64,000 bases of DNA from Eledone cirrhosa (GCA_964016885.1 OZ024740.1:207142001-207206000); one strand, 5' to 3'; positions 50,145 through 61,754 are shown, counted from the first letter of the stretch. Numbers and translations are program-made. The notes: generated from the letters alone by a model not told the origin.

Positions 50145-53100
50145 TGTGGGTATGGTGTGGCGTGCGGTGGCCGCAGGCGGGGGAGTGCTCAACCGGAAGG
50201 GCCAGCAGAGGGCGCTCTCTATTGGTGCCTAGCAATGGGGTGAACGCCAGTTTGGGCAGTGCCTAGCAATGGGGTGAACGCGAGTTTGGGCAGTACCTAG
50301 CAATGGGGTAAACGCCAGTTTGTGCAGCTCCCGGTGTTAGGCAGTTGGACGCAGGCGGGCGAGGAGTAACCAGCAGTGGAGATAGCGGCGCCTATGAAGA
50401 GCGAAACGATATGGCACTGTTTGTACCAATGTAGAAACTACCAGTCTAGGATAATGGACATATAAGAACTGGTCTTTAAACTACCATGAGTGGAGATAGC
50501 GGTGCCTATGAAAAGCGGTAAGTGAGATAGCTTTTTCCAACCACAAGCTATTTCGGCGACTGGAAACAGATCTGATAGAAAAAAGAAGAAAAAGTTACTG
50601 GAAAAACAGAGAGGAGTCTGTTGTTTTTTTTTTGTTTTTTTTTTATCACGTACCGCAACACAAATCAGAAGATGGCGACAAGACTACGAACAAGCGAAGC
50701 TATCAGGGCATTTACCGGGGAAGGTGAAGTTGTCGCTTGGCTGCGGAAAGTTCAGCTGGTCGCAAGCTTGCAGAAGATAGAGGATGTGGCTGACCTCATG
50801 GCACTGTACCTCGAGGGGGACGCGTTGGTACTCTTCCTTGAGTTGGACGAGCACAGCCAAAGAGATGCGCAAAAGATTGAGAGGCGCCTGATAGATGCAT
50901 TCGCCGAGGGACCGTTGGCCGCTTTTGCTAAGCTGACGAGAATCAGATGGAATGGTGAGCGCGTCGACATTTTCGCAGCGGAAATACGGCGGTTGGCTAT
51001 GTTGGCTGGATATCAGGTGGAATGCGAACGCACGGTGCGGTTGGCATTCATCAATAGATTTCCAGACGACATAGCGGTGAAACTGCAGCAAGTCCCGGGT
51101 TATAAAGAGATGGAAATGCGTTCACTGGTGGAACAAGCCCGGATCATAGCAGAAGATGCCAAAAAGAGTGTTGCAGCGATAGCAACTACAGAAGCTCAAG
51201 ACAGCTGGCAGCGAAATGGTGAAAGGGAGGCAACCACGGCACGCGGTCGCCCGCGAACGTTTAGAGGTTGCTGTTTTCAGTGCCAGGGCCCGCACATGGC
51301 TAGAGACTGTAGAGTCAAGGCCGGAGATAATTTGCTACCGGTGTAAGCGACCAGGCCACATCGCTACTAACTGCGACCAGGGAAACGATCCAAGGGGAAC
51401 TACTGCGCCAGTAGTTGCCCCTTACGAGTAGCGGCGCTGCCCGTGGTGGAAGTCTTCGTGAGGGGAAAGCCACAGCGAGCCCTCGTGGACACGGGCTGTA
51501 CGACGACACTGGTGACTGCGGGGGTGGCGCAGAGGTGGAGAGGGAAGAGCAGCGTAAGGGCAGTCGACGGCAGGAAAATTGAATGCCGAGGTCGCAGCGA
51601 GATGGAAATAGCGGTACGGGGAAGGAAAATAAGGCTTTCTGCCATCGTAGTAGACAGCGTGGTGGATGGGATCGGCGTGGTTATGGGCATGGACGCAATT
51701 GGCCGTCTAGGAGGCGTCACAGTGAACAACGTCGGTGTGTCGTTTGGCGCCGCTGCATCGGTATGCGCTGTGAGTGCACGACAGGAGAACCAGAAGGCCC
51801 ACGAGGAGAAATATCCTGCTTACACTGTGCAGGACAAAGACATCAAGGCCGTGTTTGATGGGCAGCGATGGGTTGTTGAGTGGTATTGGAAGGGAGAACC
51901 ACCAACACTGAAGACCAAAGTGGGTTGCTATCAACACACATTGAAGGGAAACATTAGGAGCGAGTTCGAGCGAGAAGTAGAGAGATGGATTGAGGAGGGC
52001 ATACTGCTTCCCTGGAAGGAGGAGGTGAAGTGCGGAGTATTGCCGTTAATGTCGGTGGTGCAACCCACGAAGAACAAGGTGAGGCTGGTGCTGGACTTTC
52101 GGGAGCTGAACGAGCACGTGTCATGCCACACGGGTGGCGAGGTCACGGATGTCTGTAGGGAAACCCTGCGTGAGTGGAGACGCATGACGGGGGGTTCAGC
52201 GATCGTAGATCTAAAGTCGGCATACTTGCAGTTGCATATAGACGAGAAGCTCTGGCAGTATCAGCTGGTCAGGTATAAGGGCCGGACATATTGCCTGATC
52301 AGTGCTCACCAGTGAGAAGAGAGTGCGAACGAGAGGCGCGGCGGGGATGCTGATAAAGTGCCGCCTGGGAACTTTAGGAGAGCTGGCCACCGAGTTCGAC
52401 CTGAGGCTGAGCGTAGTTTTCGTGCCCTCAGAGAAAAATAGGGCGGACATCTTAACTAGGGTGAAGAAAGCCTGGTTGGAAGCGCTGGAGGAGGTAGAAG
52501 ATGAGATAGCTGCCGTGTGTCGGCTGACCGAGTCGGATCTGAAAGGGTTGCATGACATGCACCACATAGGAGTGGATAGGAGCCTGTTCCTAGCCAGGAG
52601 AATCGACTCGGACGTTAACAGACACAGTGTTCAAAGAGTGGTTAGAGGCTGCGTCTGATGTTAGTCCATTGATTCCGCCCCGGGTGTACACGAAACGGGA
52701 AACTTCCCGGTGGATCGTGACTGGAAGCGATTGGCGGTGGATGTAACGCACTACCGACAGGGAACATACCTCTCGATGGTCGACTGTGGACCAGGACGGA
52801 TGGCGATATGGAGGGAGATGAAGACTGGAACGGCCGAGGAAATCATGCGAACGTTGAGAGAGGTGTTCTTGGAGCGGGGCCCTGTGGACGAACTGCTGAT
52901 GGACAACAGCGCAGCGTTCCACCCGGAGGCGCTGAGGGAGATGCTCGATTGATGGAAGGTGGACCGTTTCTTCAGAGCGCAGCACAGGCCGAGCGGGAAT
53001 GGAATCGTAGAGCGACACCACCGGACGATCAAGGCAATGGCGGAGCGGGGCCATATCGCACCAATGGAGGCAGTGTTCTGGTACAACATGTCCCCTCGGG

Positions 53101-53962
53101 TGGGACAGGTTGAGGAATCGGTGCCACACAGAGCAGTATTCAGATACGAGTGGCGGCACCCGTGCACGCCACCACAACGGCCAGTGGGGAGAGAGAATGC
53201 ATTCGTGCAGGTGGGCGAAGAAGTCTGGGTTAAGCCCCCAGATGCACGTTGCACATCTCAATGGGGAAGGGGAACGGTGACGGCCGTAAATTCAAAGAAC
53301 AATGTGTCTGTGGACGGAGTACCACGTCATGTCCTGGATGTAAGAAGAATCACTGTGTCGACTGAAGAGGAAACCCAAGAGGAGGAGGAAGCCCAAAGTG
53401 CTGCCCCAATACTGCGGAGATCGCAACGAAGTCGTAAACCACCAACCTGGACAGCAGACTTTCACATGCAGAGAGACGAGGAGGAAATTGATCCTTGAGA
53501 TCAGGGGGGCATGTGGGTATGGTGTGGCGTGCGGTGGCTGCAGGCGGGGGAGTGCTCGACCGGAAGGGCCAGCAGAGGGCGCTCTCTAGTGGTGCCTAGC
53601 AACGGGGTGAACGCCAGTTTGGGCAGTGCCTAGCAACGGGGTGAACGCCAGTTTGGGCAGTGCCTAGCAACGGGGTGAACGCGAGTTTGGGCAGTGCCTA
53701 GCAATGGGGTGAACGCGAGTTTGGGCAGTACCTAGCAACGGGGTAAATGCCAGTTTGTGCAGCTCTATGTGTTAGGCAGTTGGACGCAGGCGGGCGAGGA
53801 GTAACCAGCAGTGGAGAGCGAAACGATATGGCACTGTTTGTACCAACGTAGAAACTACCAGTCTAGGAGAATGGACATATAAGAACTGGTCTTTAAACTA
53901 CCATGAGTGGAGATAGCGGCGCCTATGAAAAGCGGCAAGTGAGATAGCTTTTTCCAACCACA
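50145..53962 (+). mobile_element. Ty3/Gypsy LTR retrotransposon with an internal RT/RNase H deletion, inserted into a SINE
   Basis: LTRs at 50145-50545 and 53512-53962 (TG..CA), 5-bp TSD TTTCA, and a purine tract before the 3' LTR. Gag has two CCHC knuckles. Also protease LVDTG, partial RT (LVLDFRELN, VDLKSAYLQ) and integrase (LAVDVTH, LMDNS, NGIVER). Confidence 0.97.
51380..51437 (+). promoter_or_regulatory. Candidate programmed -1 ribosomal frameshift signal (gag to pol)
   Basis: G_GGA_AAC in the gag frame, a 7-nt spacer, then hairpin GGGGAACTACTG-CGC-CAGTAGTT(G)CCCC. The -1 frame is open into the protease. Confidence 0.8.
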
Positions 53963-54577
53963 TTTCATCCCTCTATAATTGATATATAATGTGCCAATCT
54001 GAAATGGTAGACTGGCAGATTCATAAGAGCACGGATGAGATGTCTTATCATATTTGTTCTGCTTCTTTGCATTCTGAGATTAAATTCTGCCACGGCCTAC
54101 TTGGCAAATAGACTTAATCCATTGACTAGGTAACTTTAGTAGAGTCCATTCTGATGCCAGTGTTTAAATTAGGGAGTCAGTTTGAAAATACCTTCCTTCT
54201 TACCACCAGGATGAAAGGCAAAGTTGATATTGGCAGGATTTGAACTCAGAGTGTAGAGAGCTGGAACAAATATTTCAAAGCATTCCGTCTATGTGATGCA
54301 CATGGATAATGATTGCTGGGAGAAGAAGTGACAGGAAATGCCAATGGAAGAAGACCTGGGCAGAGGTGGTGAGAAATGACCTCAAATCCCTGAGACTCCC
54401 AGAGGAGATGATAAAGGAACATAGTGAATGGAGAGAGGCTGTGCTGAAAAAGAACCTGTCTAATTCATGTAAGCATGGAAAAGCGGACATAAAAACAATT
54501 TGCTGCCTGTAATTAGTAACTCAAACTATTGTATCTATTTTATTAAGTTCACATATATTGATGTATTTATCTTTCAG

Positions 54578-54629
54578 AGGTAGTTCTACCACTTCTAAAA
54601 TTAGACATTTACCTGATAACATTAAAGAG
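54578..54629 (+). CDS. RCC1L: RCC1-like protein, coding exon 6
   Basis: ctttcag|(R)GSSTTSKIRHLPDNIKE|gtaggt. Phases 2 to 0 bridge exons 5 and 7. Confidence 0.85.
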
Positions 54630-56009
54630 GTAGGTGTATTTTTTAAACCTTTTATTTAATGTGTGTGTGTGTGTGCCTGTGTGTATGTATCATAAAGTAA
54701 GTGTTTAAACCACACGAACACATTTAAGGCACAACATGGACAGAGATTTTTAGGGCTTAAAGTAACAGTTTAAGCCACAACATGGACAGAATTTTAGGGC
54801 TTAAAATGAGATTTTAAACCACAGGAACACATTTAAGGCACAAATGGACAGATTTTAGAGTACAAAGTAGACAGAATTATTTTGGCACAAGAGAGTTTTA
54901 TGACATAAAATAGAAATGTTTTGTGTCAGAAAGAGGACAATGTAAAAGCCCAATATGGTGGTTTTATGCCCTTCTCTATATCATTTTAATGTGAGTTAGT
55001 GGAAACTATTTATCAAACATTTGAGAAATAAAGAAAAAAAAACAAACAGCAGCAGTCTAAATATTTATTTCCTGATGTTATTTTTGTTAATATATTGATG
55101 ATGGGAACCTGACAGCCTACACATTCTTCAGCTATATCTCTTGAAAATAGTTTATCAGTTAATAAATGAATAGATAAATTAAATAGAAATAGAACAGTAA
55201 CAACAACAAGAACAACACAGATTTACTACTTCAAGGCATTGTAGTCTTCTAGTCTTTAGAATTTTTTTTTTCTTTAAAGATACATAAACATCTGTCAAAA
55301 TTTTCAGTAACAATCACACAGTTCTCAGCCCTGATGAGTTTAATTGTGTGTGTTTTTATGTGTATATGTGTACAGATGTTTATGTAGGAGTACAAGGCAG
55401 TGGATTCACAGAATGATTAAATCATATGAAAAAAAAAAATGCCTTCTGGTATTTTTCTGGCAGTCTGTACTGTGAGTAAAAATCTTGAAGAGGTCAACTT
55501 TGCACAGATGAGTTGATGGAAAAACTGGACAGGCAGATGAGGAATCAGATGTAGTGTATGGACAACATTCATTAGGTGAAGAGGTGCTAGGAGCTCCAAG
55601 TAGAAGATAGCTGTACAAGAGGAAAACCTAGGCAGAAGTGGTGAGAGCTGATCTCAGAACTCTGAACTTCATAGAGGAGATGATAAAGGAATGTGACAAA
55701 CAAAAACAATCTGTGTGGGTGAAGACTTATTCAACCCATGCAAACATTGGGAAGTAGACATAAAAATGATGATGATGATTGAAATTTCTGCAGGTCAGCT
55801 CTAAACCAACAGATATATTTTTTAAGCAAGGAAAAACCTATGTAATATGATGATGATGATTCATCATCCAATGTGAACTTTCATTTTTAAGATGAGAAGG
55901 TTAGATATGAGTAAGATTTAGCAGTTTAAATGTTCTGTTGTGTGCTGTTTTATGTTAACTTTTCTTTTGTTAGTATTAATTGAATATTTTTATGCACTTG
56001 ACATTTTAG

Positions 56010-56094
56010 GTTGTTTGTGGTCAAGACCACACTTTCTTTTTGACCCAATCTGGAGAAGTATACAGCTGTGGCCTAAGTTCAGATGGACAGACAG
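56010..56094 (+). CDS. RCC1L: RCC1-like protein, coding exon 7
   Basis: ttttag|VVCGQDHTFFLTQSGEVYSCGLSSDGQT|gtaaat. Confidence 0.95.
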
Positions 56095-56803
56095 GTAAAT
56101 ACACTTCAGCTTCACATTTATACCAGTTTTTGAATGTTTAGAGACTGATCTTTAATCTTGTCAATGACATGATAATGTCTTTAGTGCTGGTGTCACAATA
56201 AAATGCACCCAGTGTACTCTATAAAGTGATTAGTGTTGAAATCTGTCAAAATTGTAACACATTTTTACAACAACCCCTTCTCCTCACCAATCTAAAAGAA
56301 CTGTTAATTCCAATAACAACTAACTTGAACTCTGCTAACATAGACAACAGATGTGAAATATATGTAGCATATAAACTATTATAGTTTATATGCTATGACA
56401 GGCATATAGTCCAGATGTGTCTTGTATGTTTCTATTTGTCTTCAGGTTTGGGTCATTACAAGAATGTCTCACCACCACTACCAAACAACACCACCACTAC
56501 AACACCACCACCAAACAACACCACCACCAAACAACACCACCACCAAACAACACCACCACCAAACAACACCACCACTACAACACCACCACCACTACACCAC
56601 CACCACTACTACATCACCAACACGACCACCAATACTACAACACCACTACCACAACACCACAACCACCAACACTACCACCACTACTACACCACTACCACAA
56701 CCACCAACACTACAACACCACTACCACAATCACAACTATAGTTTATATGCTATGACAGACAGATATCCCAGAGGTGCCTCATGTTTCTATTTGTTGTCTT
56801 TAG

Positions 56804-56914
56804 GTTTGGGTCATTACAAGAATGTGTCAGAAGCAACACAAGTGAAGGGAGATATTGAAGGTGTGAACATCAAACAGATAGCATGTTCTGGTGACTGTGT
56901 CCTTGCTTTGTCAG
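56804..56914 (+). CDS. RCC1L: RCC1-like protein, coding exon 8
   Basis: ctttag|GLGHYKNVSEATQVKGDIEGVNIKQIACSGDCVLALS|gtaggt. Confidence 0.93.
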
Positions 56915-57253
56915 GTAGGTCTACCTGGGGTTACTGTGTACCTAGGGTCCCTGTGAACCCGGGTTGGTTGTGTACACTTATTATTCAGGTGATTGTTTCC
57001 TTGCATTTTCAGGTAAGTCTACCTGGGGTTGCTGTGTACCCAGGGCTACTGTGATTTCAGGGCCCCTGTGTACTCCGGGCCACTGTACCTGGTGTGGTTG
57101 TTCACACTTTTTTTCCAGGTGACTGTCCTAGCACTGTCAGCTAGGTGTACCTAGATAGCTGTATATTTATCCAGTGAAGGAAACTAATTTGGAAGCACAG
57201 TACATTGTCTATAGTAAGATTTTAACCTGTGATTGTGGTCAAGTGTCCCTTGA

Positions 57254-57905
57254 TTTGAGCCTGTGACTGGTCAGTAGTCACTATAATTCAAGCCTGTGAC
57301 TGGTCAGTAATCACTATAATTTGAGCCTGTGACTGGTCAGTAATCACTATAATTTGAGCCTGTGACTGGTCAGTAGTCACTATAATTCGAGCCTGTGACT
57401 GGTCAGTAATCACTATAATTTGAGCCTGTGACTGGTCAGTAGTCACTATAATTCGAGCCTGTGACTGGTCAGTAGCCACTATTTGAGCCTGTGACTGGTC
57501 AGTAGTCGCTATAATTCGAGCCTGTGACTGGTCAGTAGTCACTATAATTTGAGCCTGTGACTGGTCAGTAGTCACTATAATTCGAGCCTGTGACTGGTCA
57601 GTAGCCACTATTTGAGCCTGTGACTGGTCAGTAGTCGCTATAATTCGAGCCTGTGACTGGTCAGTAGTCACTATTTGAGCCTGTGACTGGTCAGTAGTCG
57701 CTATAATTCAAGCCTGTGACTGGTTAGTAGCCACTATAATTTGAGCCTGTGACTGGTCAGTAGTCACTATTTGAGCCTGTGACTGGTCAGTAGCCACTAT
57801 TTGAGCCTGTGACTGGTCAGTAGCCACTATAATTTGAGCCTGTGACTGGTCAGTAGTCACTATATGAGCCCTGTGACTGGTCAGTAGCCACTATAATTTG
57901 AACCT
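57254..57905. repeat. 33/30-bp minisatellite, about 20 copies
   Basis: TTTGAGCCTGTGACTGGTCAGTAGTCACTA(TAA). Confidence 0.95.
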
Positions 57906-58082
57906 ATGAACATGTGGTCAGTAGTTCTTTTGGTTTGAGCCAGTGTCTATGGCCAGTAATCCCCATGATTTAAATAGCAGCTGATGGCAACTTTTTCTGT
58001 CTTTAAGGATTTTCACCTTATCTTATAGCATCTCCACACTTGATCACATCATTTTTTATATATCTGTCTATTTTATTTGTAG

Positions 58083-58244
58083 ATGAAGGAGATTTATTTG
58101 GCTGGGGTAACTCAGAGTACAACCAATTAGCATTGATTACCGATCACACTCAGGTACATACACCAAAACATTTTAAATTGTCATCATCTGTTGGTAAGAT
58201 AACCCAAGTGGCATCAGGAGGATCAATCTGTGGATTTCTGAATG
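58083..58244 (+). CDS. RCC1L: RCC1-like protein, coding exon 9
   Basis: ttgtag|DEGDLFGWGNSEYNQL..VGKITQVASGGSICGFLN|gtaaga. Confidence 0.95.
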
Positions 58245-58438
58245 GTAAGATGATATATTATATGGGAGGGAGGGCAATTGTTGAGTAGCTCTGTAGATTT
58301 CTGAATGGTAAGATGATATATTATATGGGAGGGAGGGCAATTGTTGAGTAGCTCTGTAGATTTCTGAATGGTAAGATGATATATTATATGGGAGGGAGGG
58401 CAATTGTTGAGTAGCTCTGTAGATATCTGAATGGTAAT
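58228..58438 (+). repeat. 63-bp tandem repeat (about 3.3 copies) spanning the exon 9 donor site
   Basis: CTGT(G/A)GATTTCTGAATGGTAAGATGA.. at 58228, 58291, 58354 and 58417. Confidence 0.93.
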
Positions 58439-59006
58439 AGGATGTATATGGGACCATCGATATTATATAAGGGGCAGTGGATTGACAGTATTGGTATAGG
58501 GTCAGACACCATTCTTTGCAGCGTAGAGTTATGGCCCTTTATGGAGTTCAAATCTTGCCAAAGTTAGCTTTCCCTTTTATCCTTATGTGGTCGATAAAAT
58601 AAAGTACCAGCAATGCACTGGGGTGTGTTTAATCGACTTTCCCCTCCTCTTCAAATTACTGGCCTTGTGCCTAAAGTAGAAACAATTATATATTGTTGTT
58701 TGATGGGAGGAAGGGAAGGACGGGCATTTAGATAACTCTGTAGAGTTTTGAATGATAAGGGGTGGGTGTGAATGTATATATATATATGTGTGTGTGTGTA
58801 TAACTCCTGGCTTGGTTTCTAGTGGTTGGATGCTCCTTCCTAATGTCAACCTCTCTACACCCTGGTGAAATTTGGTTTCACTGTATCAAATAATTCTAAA
58901 TTAACCAACTCTTTGGACCCCCCCCCCCCCCCTCCATTCTCTTATGATTTTTTTTTTTTACTACATTTCTAAAAATGTTTCTTTCTCTTTCTTTTCTTAT
59001 CAAAAG

Positions 59007-59180
59007 CTTCTGGGGAAGTTTTCACTTGGGGTTTTGGTATATTAGGAAGAGGACCCAAGGTTCAGTCATCTACAATACCCACCAAACTTCCCACTCCATT
59101 ATTTGGTGCCAATGAACTTGATCCTGCCAAAACTGTTGTTTCTCTCAAGTGTGGAATTTACCACTTTGCTGCTCTTACCA
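59007..59180 (+). CDS. RCC1L: RCC1-like protein, coding exon 10
   Basis: caaaag|ASGEVFTWGFGILGRGP..LFGANELDP..LKCGIYHFAALT|gtaagt. Confidence 0.95.
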
Positions 59181-60599
59181 GTAAGTAAACTTTCTAAACT
59201 TCTCTCTGTTTTGTCTTTTCTTCTTCATATCTTAAATGTCTATTGTAAGTTTTCCCTGCAATTGTTCAAGAGAAATATTAACCATGTCACTCTCATTGGT
59301 CTCAAAGAGTCTGTGAAGACTATGGGATAATATAATAACGATGAAATTATTGTGTACAATGCTCAGATGCACTACAACTCATCAAAGGTGCATGTATAGA
59401 ACATAGAATAATGTACAAATGTCAGGAAAATGAAAAGTCATGATATACACACATACACGTGCGTGTATGTATGAAGGGGAAATATCAAGTGTAGTTTTGG
59501 CAAATTTTGAAGGATGCAGTGTCCCGACAGCTACTAACTGATGCAGGTAGTTTTATAGACCCTTCTTCCAAATCAAACAACTAAAAAAAAGTAATGTTTA
59601 TATTTCTGAGATACTAAACACCTTATAGTATGGTCAGGTCAGGCTTATAGTATGGCCATGTAACCTAGTACAACCTGCTTCATGGTCATGTGGTTGACAA
59701 TTAAACTGGCTCCCCCACCAGACCACTGGTCACCTTAGTTTATAGTGAGACCACTACTAGACACCTTAGTCTAGACCCTGGTCTGGTGAGGAGGGTAACT
59801 GGAACCCCAGCAGCACAAAAAACAAGAGTCAATGACCATCCACCCTGACTGTGGGTTAAATAGCCTCACCAACCCACAATTAGCCAAGCATGGTGAGTAT
59901 GGCTACACCCCTGATATGTCCAAAACCAAACAGAAAGCAAGAGGTCAACCAGGGAGGAGTTCTAACAGGAGTGAGAAGTGCCCTGGATTGGATTGGAAAT
60001 ATCTATAAATACAGAACTGCTAAATGTCTTTTGTAGGTTATATGACTTCTAATTCTTTAATATTGTTTTGAGGTGGTGTGCCTGTCGTCTATTAGTTCTA
60101 CTGATAACTTTAGATGGACAGTTTAGTCTTCTTGGAAGAAATTCTGTGAACTTTTGCTTATTTTGACCAATTCTTATGCATAACACCTTGCTAAAGTGTT
60201 TTCTATTGTAGCTTCAAATCAATGTTAGTTGAAATTTGGTAGACAGAAACTGTGTAGAAGCCCATCGGAAAGACTATTGTTTCTGTTGTTGGGTAGTAAA
60301 CTTAATCCATTTCCTGGTTTAACACCACGACCTGGTTGTTGGATGGTTTTAATGGATTCTGCTCTAATGGACTTTGCTGCCAGTATTTTGAGTATTTTGG
60401 CCAGGCCTACCATCTCAGGATAAAAACTAAAATGGACACCCTGAAAAGAGCCATGGCCATTGTTTCTCTTCTTCTCAGTCGCCCCTTTTGACACCAAACT
60501 GCCTAAAACTGTCTCTCATTCTATGGTTGTTGTAGTGATGGTGTTGGTGGTGGCAACAATAGTAGTAATGATGGTGTTGGTGGCAACAGTAGTAGTAAT

Positions 60600-61005
60600 A
60601 ACGGTTTCTTATATAGGCACAAGGCCAGCAATTTGGGGGGGGAGAGGAAGTCGATTAAATTGACCCCAGTGCATGACCCCGTAAGGATGAAAGGCAAAGT
60701 TAACCTCGGCGGGATTTGAACTGAGATCATAAAGGGCCGTAACTCTATGCTGCAAAGCATGGCATCTGACCCTCTACCGATACTGCCAATCCACCGCCGA
60801 GAGAGAACACTAGTAGTAATAATTGTTTCTACTATTGGCACAAGGCCAGCAATTAACCAGTGCATTACTGGTACTTTATTTTATCAACCCCGTAAGAATG
60901 AAAGGCAAAGTTAACCTCGGCGGGATTTGAACTCAGAATGGCAAGGGCCGTAACTCCATGCGTCAAAGCATAGCGTCCGACTCTCTACCGATACTGCCAA
61001 TCAGT
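60600..61005 (-). mobile_element. Two tandem SINE family 1 copies
   Basis: Homologous to 7965-8191 and 39101-39285. Confidence 0.85.
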
Positions 61006-61158
61006 AATAATGGCAGTAGTGGTTGTAGGATTAGTTTGACTTTGAAGCTACAACTTAAATATCAGTAACATAGTATTACACAGTAACCACATAAAGGTGG
61101 GGGATGGAGGGGAATATATTGCTGGTTGAAATTATATCAGTTTTTGTATATTTTTCAG

Positions 61159-61244
61159 ACCGTGGTGACCTCTATACATGGGGTAAAAACAAATTAGGAT
61201 ATCTTGGTCTGGGAGACAGAAATGACCAATTCTTTCCACTAAGG
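61159..61244 (+). CDS. RCC1L: RCC1-like protein, coding exon 11 (final exon not in window)
   Basis: ttttcag|NRGDLYTWGKNKLGYLGLGDRNDQFFPLR|gtatgt. Confidence 0.95.
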
Positions 61245-61294
61245 GTATGTATTACTTTTGTTGTCCTAGCAAGAATATGGATATATAATATTGA

Positions 61295-61332
<38 letters not shown>

Positions 61333-61354
61333 TTTAAAGAGTTGGGACACCAAC

Positions 61355-61425
61355 GGCTGAGCTGTTGCCGTTTCAACAGCTAGTTCCAGGCTGGAACTAG
61401 CTGTTGAAACGGCAAGACCTCAGCC
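61355..61425. repeat. 71-bp near-perfect hairpin
   Basis: GGCTGAG ctg TTGCCGTTTCAACAGCTAGTTCCAG g CTGGAACTAGCTGTTGAAACGGCAA gac CTCAGCC. Confidence 0.9.
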
Positions 61426-61528
61426 ATCACGATCCTGACTCTATATAATATAACCATACTCTACTACCCCAAGTTTCGAGTACTCTGGTGAGTAATGGTC
61501 TAACCAGTTTCAAACTGAATCCATCCTG

Positions 61529-61572
<44 letters not shown>

Positions 61573-61754
61573 ATAGGGAGAAAAAGACGATTATTAGGAA
61601 GAAAAAAAAATATTTTTTTCCTTTTATTTTTTTCTCTTTTTTCTGGGTTAGAAAATGTTTAAAACAAAATATTTTACTTTGTGTGAAGTGTTAAGGTATT
61701 AGTTAATTTATTTATTAATTAACAATGGCATTTATTTATATATTTAATAATTGT

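Noticed and set aside
56422-57054. 210-aa His/Thr-rich ORF as a separate gene
   Set aside because: It is an (ACC)n repeat read in frame into RCC1L exon 8 and flanking intron.
57254-57905. Regular 30-33 bp partly palindromic repeats resembling a CRISPR array, with a 127-aa repetitive ORF
   Set aside because: The units are contiguous with no unique spacers, there are no cas genes, and the context is a eukaryotic intron. It is a minisatellite.
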